Positions 50,807 through 61,024 of a DNA stretch of 64,000 nt are shown piece by piece. A program made the translations under genes and the position numbers. Source of the stretch: Cyanophora paradoxa CCMP329 (Eukaryota > Plantae > Glaucophyta); NCBI GenBank assembly GCA_004431415.1, contig QPMI01000604.1, positions 29,286 to 93,285 on the forward strand, read 5' to 3'. Every line of letters starts with the position of its first letter. Within the stretch, counting starts at the first letter, position 1. The notes under the pieces are model-generated. The model was not told where the DNA came from. It saw only the letters and a list, made by a program, of their open reading frames with translations, and made no database searches.

Positions 50807-51374
50807 GGCTTTGGTCCGACCTTAAGCGCTCAACTAGACCCGGTTGACACCGTCTTGATCTCTCCTTCTTGGCGCAGCGGACGATGTGACGCGCAGACCG
50901 TCGGCCCGGCGGACGGGGAGGCGCGCGCGTAGAACTTCGGAAGCGCTAGCCCTTGCTTGACCGAAGCTTAGAAAGTTTTGAGCGCACGTGAATGCGACAC
51001 GTGTAGAGAGAAGGCAGAGCGCGCCGGAGCTAGCTTGCGCGGCCGAGCGCTCGACCGCCTTTGCTCCTAAGCTCAGAAAGTTTTGGGCTCACGCGGTTGC
51101 TCCACGTGTTTCGACTCAAAACACAGTACCCCAACCCGAAAAAAAGCGCCCGGGCAGCGCATCTCGCAGCGCCCGGGCCCAGCGCTCCTTGCAGCACTTG
51201 CCAGAGGCACTAGCTTGCATTCCGCTCAGCCCGGAGAGCCGCCGCCTCGCTCCTTTCGATTCGGAGGTGCGCCTCACTTCGCAACCTCTTTCTCCGCACC
51301 ACGGCTAGCTCCGGACCTCAGATTTTGGGCGCTGGAAAGCTCTCTCGACGCCGCACTCACGCCGCCACGCGCAG

Positions 51375-53091
51375 GGTCGCTCGCGCCGGCCGCGGACCTT
51401 CGAAAGCTCGATGGCGCCCGAGCCGGAGCACTCCGCCGCATCCCGCAGGTGCCAGCTCGCTCTCTTGCCGCTCTATCCCTTGCATTTAGCACCTAGAACA
51501 TGCCCGCAACCTCGCGCTCGATTCGCCCGCGTCCGCTGACATTTGGTCTCTGAGCAGGTGCCGAGATTGGCCGCCGCGCCTTCCGCAACTCGAGCCGACG
51601 TTCGCGGCGACTTGCGCACGCTTCTAGATCTCGTTCTCAAGCCCGCGCATCGATTCGGCGGCTCCGGCTCGCCTCCCCGCGCCTCCAGCCCCGCGCCCCA
51701 CACCCGTTCTTGTCCTAGCTAAGCCCTCCCTTGTCCGCGGCCAGTCGCGGGCTACGCGCATCGCGGATAGCATCAGTGGAGCTACGTTTCAGCGCTGGAC
51801 GCAGGCCCGCCCGCCCAATCCCTCCCACCTCCCGCTCGCAGCACGCTCACTGGGCCGCAGGCAGCTTCGCGGGAGCCGCTGGATTCGAAGCCGCGCACCT
51901 TCCCCGCCCGTCCCGACGTCGTACGCGCTAACGTCGCCCGCGCCGCAGGTGGCCGCCAGGCCTCCTGCATCCAGGCCTTCGAGCCGGTGTGGCTGCGGGA
52001 GAAGCGCCTCGCCTTCTGGCAGGAGACGGCCTCCTGCCCCTCACCCGCTTCATCATCACCCACTGCGTCGTCGACCCCACCACCTTCCTCGTCGGCTCGG
52101 AGACGGAGGGCTGGATGACGAGCGTCGCGGGCATCGTCGAGTACATCGCGCGCACGGAGGGCCCGACACCTCCGCCGCCGTCGGCGCTGACATCGAGAAC
52201 GGCCGGCTGGACGAGACCTCGCCGCTTCGGCCCCGGTGCCGCCTCTCTCCTACAGCCGGCGGCGTCTGGCAGACCTACATCCGCGGCATCGTCCCCAAGG
52301 CCCCCTCTCCCTCGGCGAGAGCCAGCCGGCGCTGGAGGCGATCGCGATCCCCGTCGCCCAGTTCAAGGACCCGGCGCCCGACGTCGGGCCCTTCCTCGTC
52401 AAGCCCCACACCAAGGGCAAGGGCAAGCGCACCCGCAACTCGGCGCCGGCCTTCCTCCCGCCCCAGCCCCCGCCACGGCCCCCCAGCAGCGCCCCGGCCA
52501 GCAGCGCATCGACGAGATGCTGCCGCGCCAGGTCCGGCCCGCGTACCCCCCGCCTTCCCTCCCGTACCCCCCTCCCCCGCCCCCTCCTGATCCAAGGGCA
52601 GGGTACCCGACGAACGGCGGCGCGGGCCCGAGCGGCTACGGGAGCTCGGCCTCCTCCGCGAGCGCCGACGGCCCCAGCCCCTCCCCGGCCCCGGCGCCGT
52701 CCTCACCGCGATCCAGGGCTTCGGGGCCCAGCAGGAGGCCGAGCGGCGGGCGCTGGCGGCGCGCCAGGCGCGCGAGGCGGAGGAGCGGCGCCAGGCCCTC
52801 TGGGCCCAGCGCCTGCAGGCCACCATCGCCTTCCGCGCCGAGCTGGACTCCGGCTTCCGCGCCGGCCAGATCGCCGGGGCGGAGGCCTCGGAGCGCTGGC
52901 GGGCGTTCGAGGCGGAGTCGGCGGGGCTGGCGAAGGGCCTCGGCTACAGCTACCGGCGCGTGCCCGTGCTCAAGGACTACGCGTCGGCCGCGGCGCGGGA
53001 GGCCTCGCGGGCGGAGATCGACGCGGCGGAGGAGCAGGCGGCGCGCGAGGAGGCCGAGGACAACGCGCGCTTCCGGCACCTGCACCACTGA
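51375..53091 (+). CDS. hypothetical protein, apparently spliced at the 5' end and frameshifted; Pro-rich middle and helical C-terminus
   Basis: Coding-like segments LPLTRFIITHCVVDPTTFLVGSETEGWMTSVAGIVEYIAR and AQQEAERRALAARQARE...EDNARFRHLHH*; upstream CTAAC...GCAG acceptor at ~51927-51948; start unknown. Confidence 0.45.
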
Positions 53092-53140
53092 GGCCCCGAG
53101 GCGGTATTTTTTCTCAACCCTCCCTCAATTCGGTCCCGCG

Positions 53141-53329
53141 ATGGCCTTCGAAGCTTATCCTGCCCACTACTCGCTAGGAGCGCTGGCCGCGACCCTCACC
53201 TGGCTCCTCGGCGGCACCCCACGGCCTCGGCGGTCATAGGCGTGGGCTTCGGCTACGCCGCCAAGTCCCTCTACGCCCCCGGCGGCGCCTCGCAGGCGGC
53301 GGCCGGCATGCGCCCCGCCGGGCGCTAAC
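53141..53329 (+). CDS. small viral membrane protein (1 frameshift)
   Basis: MAFEAYPAHYSLGALAATLTWLLGG...AVIGVGFGYAAKSLY; preceded by ATTTTTTCT. Confidence 0.55.
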
Positions 53330-53422
53330 TTTTCAAAGTTCATTCTCCCCTCCCCTTTTCCGAGTTCCGAGTCCGTTGGCGTTCCCTTTTAAATTTTCTT
53401 CATTCTCGTTACACGTTCGAAG

Positions 53423-53899
53423 ATGTCGAGCGCGGTAGAGAAGCTGCTGTGCACCGTGTTCAAATCGGATTCGCGATGCAGCAAGATCGGCGAGGCGGCG
53501 AGGGCTAAGGGCGGGGCGGCGGCGGAGGGGCCCAGGGTGAAGGCGGCGGATCCCGCGCCGCCGTCGCTGAAAACGATCAAGGGGCGGGCAAGGGCAGGAG
53601 CGTGGGGGCGCTGCCCCTCGTGGCGATCGCGCCGGGGCAGAGGGAGGCGGCGCACGCGGCGACGGCGGCGCTGGCCGCGCGGCGCAGGCGGAGGCCTACC
53701 CGTGCCTGGGCCGGGGGCTGCACCCGCCGGCCGCCGCCCCTACGCCGTGAGCGCCTACTTCGACGAGGCCAACCGGCTGAGCTGCCAGGAGCTGTGCGAC
53801 AACCGCATGCGGCGCGCCGTGGACGGGCACCTGCCGCTGCTGGTGGCGCTGGGCGGCTCGCTCCTGATGGTCTGGTACCTGCGCGGCCTGGTCATTTAG
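53423..53899 (+). CDS. viral protein with C-terminal TM helix
   Basis: ...HLPLLVALGGSLLMVWYLRGLVI*; preceded by AAATTTTCT. Confidence 0.6.
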   Translation: MSSAVEKLLCTVFKSDSRCSKIGEAARAKGGAAAEGPRVKAADPAPPSLKTIKGRARAGAWGRCPSWRSRRGRGRRRTRRRRRWPRGAGGGLPVPGPGAAPAGRRPYAVSAYFDEANRLSCQELCDNRMRRAVDGHLPLLVALGGSLLMVWYLRGLVI

Positions 53900-53925
53900 A
53901 TAGTTTTTCGAAGTCTAGGTCAAAG

Positions 53926-54327
53926 ATGGGCTGGGTGGACGCCGTGCTGACCAAGGTCTTCGGACCGAAGAGCGCGCAGCCGCCGCCGAGCTTCAACCTG
54001 GCCGCGGCGATCAGCACGACGATCGAGCGCAAGAACAACGAGCTCATCCTAAAGAACGACGGCAAGCTTCCCTGGGCCGACGTGGCCGCGGGCGCACTCG
54101 GCAGCACGCTGACGGGAATCGATCGGACGGGCGCCGCGGGCGTGAAGGTCGGGCAGGCGGTTGCGGCCGTGCCGGAGCTTGCGATGAAGGGCTGGCACTA
54201 CGCCAAGATCGCCGCCGGCGTCGCCGCGGTGCTCCTTGCGATCTGGCTCGCGTGGCAGCTGCGCGGCGCCTACCAGGGCGCGCGCCTGCAGAGCGCCCAG
54301 CTCGACTATTTTCTAAAGGCTAGGTAA
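53926..54327 (+). CDS. viral membrane protein (MGWVDAV...; C-terminal TM)
   Basis: IAAGVAAVLLAIWLAWQL hydrophobic segment. Confidence 0.65.
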   Translation: MGWVDAVLTKVFGPKSAQPPPSFNLAAAISTTIERKNNELILKNDGKLPWADVAAGALGSTLTGIDRTGAAGVKVGQAVAAVPELAMKGWHYAKIAAGVAAVLLAIWLAWQLRGAYQGARLQSAQLDYFLKAR

Positions 54328-54339
54328 AGCGAGCGAACC

Positions 54340-54712
54340 ATGCGCGGCGGCTCTTCCCCCGTGTTTCCTTCGCTGAGAACCCGGTGGCGAACGCAGTCGC
54401 CCCTACCCCCTGGAGCCCGGAGTGAAGCTGGAGCGTGCGAACGCAGTCTCCGTCAAGAAGGCCAAGCGCACGCTGGCGCTGGAAGTCCCGGTCGCGGAGG
54501 ATACGGAGAAGGTTGCATTCAACAAGCGCAAGACGTACAAGGCGATACGCGAGGGACAGCTGCTGCCCACGGACTCGGTTCCCGGGCTGCCGGGCACCAC
54601 GGCCGGCGAGCTCCTAGTGCGCAACCTGCGCCTGCAGTACGTCTCCCGCCTCCGCCGCTCCAAGGCCAAGAAGGCGCGCCTGGACTCGGGCGATAGCAGC
54701 TCTAGCTCGTAG
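54340..54712 (+). CDS. basic viral hypothetical protein (frameshifted)
   Basis: VKKAKRTLALE...RLRRSKAKKARLD; preceded by TATTTTCT. Confidence 0.5.
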
Positions 54713-54739
54713 GGCTCTGTACTGTTGTATTCAATGCCT

Positions 54740-55024
54740 TTACCAGTTCCTGTTCCTATCCCAGAGCACGACTCGGGTGAAGGGCACGGTCATAGCGAAC
54801 ATGAACTCGGCGAACTTTGCAAAGTTCATCAGGGTTCCCAGGCGGGGATCCTCCCAGTAGATCGCCTCGCGCAGCGCCTCGTAGACGCGCATGAGGGAGC
54901 GCTCGTTCTCCGTCGCGAAGGCGTCGCCGGGCTCGTCGGGGTCGGGATCCGTGAGCTCGGAGTACTCGTCCGAGCTGCCCGCGCTCTCGGCACCTGCGGC
55001 GGGGTCGGGCGAGGGGTCGGGCAT
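54740..55024 (-). CDS. acidic viral hypothetical protein
   Basis: 94-aa ORF preceded by GATTTTCT. Confidence 0.6.
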   Translation of the reverse strand: MPDPSPDPAAGAESAGSSDEYSELTDPDPDEPGDAFATENERSLMRVYEALREAIYWEDPRLGTLMNFAKFAEFMFAMTVPFTRVVLWDRNRNW

Positions 55025-55072
55025 TCTTTGCTGGTAGAAGGGTTAGAAGAGGGACCAGAAAATCACTAGCAA

Positions 55073-55258
55073 TCACGGGCGCCGGAACTCCATCGAGTCG
55101 CCGCGCCAGTACTTGTTGCCGGAGGCGAGCAGCTTCATCGGCTCGCCCGTCGAATCGTGCTTCCAGGCCTCGCCGTCCCAGAGGGCCGTGCCGCCGTCCT
55201 CTAGCTTGAGGCGGTGGCCCGGCTCGAGCCGGTTGCCGTCGAGCATGCGGCCGGCCAT
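55073..55258 (-). CDS. small viral hypothetical protein; may be fused by frameshift to the upstream MEALLDL... ORF
   Basis: 61-aa ORF with biased codons. Confidence 0.45.
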   Translation of the reverse strand: MAGRMLDGNRLEPGHRLKLEDGGTALWDGEAWKHDSTGEPMKLLASGNKYWRGDSMEFRRP

Positions 55259-55423
55259 GAGCGCCAGGTCCCACTCGGTGAGGTTGCGCTGCTCTGCGGG
55301 GTGAGGCCGCGCTCGACGCGCTCGGGCTGGCGCGCCTCGCGCTCCATGCGGCTGAGGCCCACCAGGAAGAAGATGGGCAGCGCAAAGGCCATGAGATCTA
55401 GCAGGGCCTCCATTGAGGAGGAC

Positions 55424-55711
55424 TTAGAAAAGGTTCCGGACCAGGCCCGAGAGCTGCGGGCCCAGGCGCCGGGCGGCGTAGTAGAGCGCGGCCGCCGCCG
55501 CCGCAAGGATCAGAAGGCGCGGCGGGCCGCGCGCCGGCTCCTCCAGGGTCAGGTCCACGGTCTCCGGCCCGCGCGCCGGAGCCGCCAGGATCTCGGGCTC
55601 GGAGCAGAGGGACTTGGGCCCGCGGCGGCGGCGCTGCTTGGGCGCCGAGGCGGCGGCGGTGAGAAGGTCCTCAGGCTCCTGCTTGATACCTGCGCAATCG
55701 GTGAAGTCCAT
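55424..55711 (-). CDS. viral protein with basic NLS-like patch and TM segment
   Basis: MDFTDC...PKQRRRRGPK...LLILAAAAAALYYAARR; preceded by AATTTTCC. Confidence 0.6.
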   Translation of the reverse strand: MDFTDCAGIKQEPEDLLTAAASAPKQRRRRGPKSLCSEPEILAAPARGPETVDLTLEEPARGPPRLLILAAAAAALYYAARRLGPQLSGLVRNLF

Positions 55712-55780
55712 GCTTGCTGGGTACCTTGGAAAATTGTGGGAGGCGTCCGGAGTGTGCGAACGTAGCTCCAATGGGATTTG

Positions 55781-56444
55781 CGTCATTTACGTCCGCGTCA
55801 TTTACGTCACGGAGTTTGCCGGCGACTCGGGACTCGGGCCCAACTTCTCCCGGTAAGTTCGAGACTTGAACTCGGCGGGGGTACCCCCCGGTGTCCTAGT
55901 GTCCTAGTGTCCTAGTGCTACTAGCTAGGTGGTATCGATATCTAGCTAGCTAGCGCTAGCGCTTGCTTAATTAATTAACCTGAAGGGTCGCGTCATTTAC
56001 GTCAGCGTCATTTACGTCACGGAGTTTGCCGGCGACTCGGGACTCGGGCCCAACTTCTCCCGGTAAGTTCGTCACGACCAGTAGCTACTAGTACCGCTAG
56101 TACTACGTAGTACTACTTAGTACTACTTGGTACTACTTAGTACTACTAGCTTAGTACTAGTAGCCACCGATACTGGTACAGCTTTTATAGATTTAAGCAT
56201 TCATTCAATGTGAATAACGATAATAGTAATAATAATAACGATAAGTAATAGGGATACCCTATTTTTCCAAGTCTCGAACTTACCGGGAGAAGTTGGGCCC
56301 GAGTCCCGAGTCGCCGGCAAACTCCGTGACGTAAATGACGCTGACGTAAATGACGCGACCCTTCGGTAACCTCCGCAACCCTTCAGGTAAATGTCAGGTA
56401 ACTTCAGTTGAGTTAATTAAGCAAGCGCTAGCTAGCTAGATATC
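55781..56444. repeat. non-coding direct/inverted repeat complex around a TAGTAC-rich and AT-rich core
   Basis: Perfect 90-bp IR 55982-56071 / 56275-56364, an extra direct copy at ~55794-55861, outer ~30-bp IR, CGTCATTTACGT iterons. Confidence 0.93.
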
Positions 56445-56706
56445 ACAGCTCTACCTTGCCCAAGTTGATGGTATCTAGCAGGGCCTGCTCCTCCAAGTCT
56501 GCACCGCCGCCGCCGCCCAGCGCTAGCGCTAGCTCGATACCGCCTCCGGCTTGATCTCCCTTGGCTCCAGCCACCTGAGGGGCTCAGGCCACCTCCTCCT
56601 GGTGAAGCCGGTATCGTTGCTCTTGTCCAGCTTGAGGTAGCGGTAGGGCGCCGGCGCCGGCCAGTCCGGCCTGTGGCCGCTTGCCTCCTTGGCTATGTCC
56701 TTGGGC

Positions 56707-57090
56707 CTACGCGGTCGCAGGTCCGCCTTGGCCTTCGCCCTCTGCAAGGGGCCCAGCGCCTTGAACTTCGGTGCCTTGGTCGCCGGCAGGGCCTTCGGCT
56801 GGGGCTTCACCGCCTTCGGCTGCTGAGGCCTTAGCTGCTTCGATTTCGGCATACTTCTTGCTCATAAATGAGAAAAGCGCCTCGAAGTCGGCCTTTATCT
56901 CCTCCTTGGTCCAGGATGTCACCTGATCCGGGTCACCTGAGAACGGCGCATCGAACGCCACGTGGAGCGATTTGCAGGCCTGAGCTATCATTGGCTCGGG
57001 CCAGGCCAGCTCGATCAGCTGAAGGTAGATGTTCAGGGCCTTGTCGAGCTTGGCGCCCTGAGAGACTAGCTGGGAGATAGCGGGCTCCAT
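56707..57090 (-). CDS. viral hypothetical protein (overlaps a basic ORF at 56529-56852)
   Basis: 127-aa ORF preceded by ATTTTCTAA. Confidence 0.6.
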   Translation of the reverse strand: MEPAISQLVSQGAKLDKALNIYLQLIELAWPEPMIAQACKSLHVAFDAPFSGDPDQVTSWTKEEIKADFEALFSFMSKKYAEIEAAKASAAEGGEAPAEGPAGDQGTEVQGAGPLAEGEGQGGPATA

Positions 57091-57174
57091 GGTACAGCAG
57101 AGCTTTAGAAAATGGCGCCAAGTCCAAGTCCTTTTTTACGGGCGAGGCCTGGGCCGGGGCCAGGGCCGAGTCCC

Positions 57175-57226
57175 AACTCCGTGACGTAAATGACGCTGAC
57201 GTAAATGACGCGGACGTAAATGACGC
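57175..57226. promoter_or_regulatory. three ACGTAAATGACG iterons between divergent genes
   Basis: Same motif as in 55781-56364. Confidence 0.7.
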
Positions 57227-57735
57227 CGAATTTTCAAGTTGCCCTCACCTGAAACTCAGCTGAGCGCTCACCTGACCCTCACCTGAACGGCCTCAAAACC
57301 GCAGCCCCGCCGCGCCCTCTCCTCACACTTCAAAGCCAAGAGAAATCAAGAATGTGCATCCCCACGTACTTCACCTGCTGTCTCACCTTCGGCATCTTCG
57401 CATACGTCATATACGACGATGAGTTCGACCGAAACACGTTCTACTTCTGCAAGCTCCTTCGCGACATTTCGTCGGAGCACCGCAAGGGCGATGAGTATGA
57501 TTGGATTCAACTGCTCCCCTCAAGAACGAGATCGTACTGTGGAGAGAGAAGTGCATTGTAGGCAGGTTCAAGATTAGCTCGATTCGTGTAGCCGTCGTAG
57601 AGGATCTGATGGTGAATTGAACACGTGTTTTACCTGAATCACCTGAGCGCTCACCCGAGGTCAGCTGAAGTCGGGTGGGGCGCCCTTAAATATTTTCTAG
57701 CGCTAGGCTGAAGCACACTCTAAGCTAACGCAAAC

Positions 57736-58516
57736 ATGGCCACCGTCCGCAACGCCAACGAGATCGACCCCGCCAAGCTCGCCTTCGAGATCGACGCCAC
57801 CGGCCGCATCAAGGCCAAGTACGACGGCCTGCAGGGCCTCATGATGTACGCGCCGCCCATGGTCACGATCAACCCGTGCATCAACACAGAGCAAGGCAAG
57901 GCGTGGAGCGACGAGAAGAAGGCCTTCGTCATGGAAGAAAACGGCGGATTTTACACGCTGGACCTCACCGATCTCAGCGCCGTCGACGGCCAGACGAACC
58001 CAGCCGCGGACGAGTTCCTCAAGCTGCTGGAGGCCCTGGACGCGAAATTCTGCGAGTTCGTGCAGCAGAACCAGGCCAAGCTCAAGGTCTCGCCCGGCCG
58101 CTCCCTCTCCAAGGATCAGATCTCGGTGCTGCAGACGCCCAGCGTGCGCATCAAGGTCGACAAGGAGTCGGGCCAGGCCTTCTACAAGTACCTCAACATG
58201 CGCATCCGCACCCAGACGATGGCGGGCAAGCGCAAGACCGTGCCCGTCGTCGACATGTCCAACTACCTCATCACCGAGCGCGCCACCATCGGCACCGGAG
58301 ACCTGGTGGCGGCGCTCATTAAAATCGACACCGCCTACGCCATCCCGAGGGCAAGTTCGGCCTCAAGTGGTCCTTCCTCGCCGTGCAGCAGTGCAAGGTC
58401 GGCGCCTTTCGCTTCGCCGGGCGCGCCCCGAGCTGGCCTTCAAGCCCTACGACAACGAGGCCGATTTCGAGCCCTACCTAAACCCCGAGTCTATGTACGC
58501 AGCCCCCATGCAGTAG
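57736..58516 (+). CDS. NCLDV-type single-stranded DNA-binding protein (DUF2738 / T7 gp2.5-like OB fold), frameshifts near 58345 and 58420
   Basis: YTLDL...EFLKLLEALDAKF...TPSVR...GDLVAALIKIDTAYAI(P)EGKFGLKWSFLAVQ followed by an acidic tail (YDNEADFEPY). Confidence 0.75.
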
Positions 58517-58569
58517 CTCGGACGAATAAATTGTGAATTTTTGGTGCAATTGATTACACGCGTTTACAC

Positions 58570-59372
58570 TCAAAGGCCGTTGAACTTGCCGCCCACCGCC
58601 CTGGGCTCCGCCGCCGTCGAGGCCGCCGCCTCCGTCACCTCCTTCATTACCTCCGGGTTCGCGTTCGCCGCGTGCACCGCCAGCACCGTCTGCACCAGGG
58701 CCATCCCCAGGCGCGCCTCGGGCCCCAGGGTCACGTAGCGCGAGTACTTGATCACCAGCTCCTCTAAGATCGGCTGCACCTGGTCCATCGAAGAGAGCGT
58801 CGCCTGCCCGAGCCCGTCGAGCTTCAGGCCGATCGGATCGTACGCCTTGTTCAGGTGCTCCAGCGAGTGCATGCCCGCGATCAGAAAGAGGCGCGCCGCC
58901 TCCAGCGAACCCCGCGTGCTCAGCTCGCGCTGAATCTCCTCGTACTCTTCCTTCAGCTCGTCCAGCGGCGTGGCCAGGCTCAGCTTCTTCGTGGACGTAA
59001 GCTCGCCCCCGAACGAGCGCCGGTACTGCGCGATCTGTCGCAGGACCTGCTTCTTCTCGTCCACGTCCACCTGCGCCTCGTCCCGCGGCCGCTCCTGCAG
59101 GTCGATTCCCAGCGCCTTTTTCACGCTCTGCTCCTTCTTCTTCGTCATTTCGATGTGCTCCTGCACGCTGAAGCCCGCGCCCTTGCTCGGCGCCGTCGGC
59201 GGCACCGCGGGCCCGTCGCCCGGCAGCGCCATCCTGTCGGCCTTCGGCGCCTTCTCCCCCTTTTCCTTGCCCTCCTTCGCGGGCGGCCCTTCTTCCGGGG
59301 CTGCGGGATTCCCACGGGGTTCGGCCCGTCCACGGCCAGCGCCTCGAAGCCAAGCATCGCCGAGGGGTCCAT
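58570..59372 (-). CDS. DUF5767-like protein conserved in NCLDV (1 frameshift near 59280)
   Basis: EKKQVL...LDELKEEYEEI...LEHLNKAYDPIGLKLDG...ILEELVIKY...PEARL...VHAAN. Confidence 0.7.
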
Positions 59373-59401
59373 CCTTTACGCCTGCCCCTTAGAAATATTT
59401 T

Positions 59402-59731
59402 TCACTCCGAGGTCAGCTCGACGAAGAGCTCGATGTAAAGCCAGAGCTTCTCGCGCAGCTCGGGCCCGCTGCCGTAGAAGAGCGAGCGCACGGCCGAGGC
59501 GTACTCCTGCGGCAGCCTCTCGAAAACCGAGTCGTCCTTCGCCTTGATCAATTCCGCCTCCGCGTTGATGTGCCTCCTGAACAGAACGATGACCGCCGTG
59601 GCCCCGATGCCGCGCAGCGACTGGATCTGCGCCCGCACCCCCGGCTCCTTGGCCTCCGGCTCCAGCAGGTCGAGGAAGCGGCCCCAGCGCGCCTCGATTT
59701 GCTCGCCCAGCGTCGCCTCCGTCGCAGCCAT
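59402..59731 (-). CDS. small helical viral protein resembling a conserved phycodnavirus/mimivirus hypothetical family
   Basis: IKAKDDSVF...REKLWLYIELFVEL pattern; preceded by AATTTCT. Confidence 0.55.
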   Translation of the reverse strand: MAATEATLGEQIEARWGRFLDLLEPEAKEPGVRAQIQSLRGIGATAVIVLFRRHINAEAELIKAKDDSVFERLPQEYASAVRSLFYGSGPELREKLWLYIELFVELTSE

Positions 59732-59750
59732 GCTACGCGTGCTTCAGAAA

Positions 59751-60945
59751 TTAGCGTCCGCCGCTGCCGCTGCCGCTGCCGCTGCCGCTGCCGCCGCCGC
59801 TGCCGCTGCCGCCGCCGCTGCCGCCGCCGCCGAGGAGGGCGTTTGCCGCTTGCTCGTACATTGCCGCCTTGCGCGCGCTGGTCTCGCGGAGGAGGGTGGC
59901 CTGCGCGGTCTCGGTGCCCTTCACGAGAGCCTGGAAGGCGGTTTGAATCGTGGTCTGGCTGCGCTCACCGGTGCCTGCCATTCCGGCGACGGTTCCCAGG
60001 CCCCGCAGCCCCGCAATCGAGCCTAACGTTGCGGTATCCGCATAGGGTCGGCTTCCTACGGCCGGATTCACGACGGCCGGCAGCAGGTTCTGGTCCGCGT
60101 ACGGCGTCGCCGTCGCCAGCGCGGGCCCGCGCGTGCCGACCTGATCCATGAGCATCGCCCGAACGGGTTGCCCCGGCTGAAGTCCACGTCGTTGCGCCCG
60201 TAGGGCTTGTTGACGGCGCTGCTGATGTTGGCCGTCTGCGCGTTGAACATGGGCGAGAGGTCGGGGGTGTAGCCCGCGCGCAGCCCCTGGGGGTTCTCCG
60301 TCGTCTGCCCGTAGCGGCCGGCCGGCCCGAGCAGGTTCTCCTTCTCGATCTCTTCCATCGTCTTGATCCAGCCGCGCTCGCGCGCCCACTTCATGACGAG
60401 ATCATCGTAGTTCATCGGGAAGAAAACCTTCTGGTACTTGTCGAAGCGCTGAATTTCGATATCCTGCTCGATCATGTTTGTAATTCGCTCCAGCAGCTCG
60501 GGGTAATATTCCTCGAGCATTTTGGCGACGCCCGGCTGCTTCAGGTCGAAGGCCGTCATCGCCCACTGGTCGAAATCGCGAATCATGATTTCCTTCCGCA
60601 GCACGAACGCATTCTCGACGTCCTCCTCGCTGATCTGTCGGCTGGGGTAGGTGTTCTGCAGCTGCTGTCGGATGCCCATGCGCATCAGCTTCTCCATGGA
60701 GGGCGTGTACTTCATCGCGGGCAGGGTCTTCGTATTCCCCCGCTGAGCCCCAGGCCACGTGCCTGATCCTCGGGCGTGTAGACGTCCGCCTTTGTCCCAT
60801 CTACGACGGGCACCTCGGGCATGACCGTGCCCGGAAGGAACTTGTTCACGATGCCGTCCATGTCGGCCTTCAGGTCGTTCTTCAGCGACTGGCGCTGCTT
60901 CTTAGAGCCCTCCCCAATGTCCATCATAGAGTGGCCCTTCGTCAT
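59751..60945 (-). CDS. viral hypothetical (possibly virion) protein with Gly/Ser tail; 2 frameshifts
   Basis: Three consecutive overlapping ORFs (60712-60945, 60068-60715, 59751-~60155); directly downstream of the MCP. Confidence 0.65.
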
Positions 60946-61024
60946 CGTGCCTCGGTTAGGATCCCAGTGGGAAAATTTATTGGTTCACATCGGCCTACCA
61001 AGCACACCCTGGCTAACAAGCAAT

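Noticed and set aside
57352-57561. 69-aa ORF in the viral region
   Set aside because: It is short with no recognisable motif and may be real, but I cannot support it
59760-59832. (GCCGCT)n microsatellite / poly-Ala ORF on the plus strand
   Set aside because: It is the antisense of a Gly-Ser coding tail
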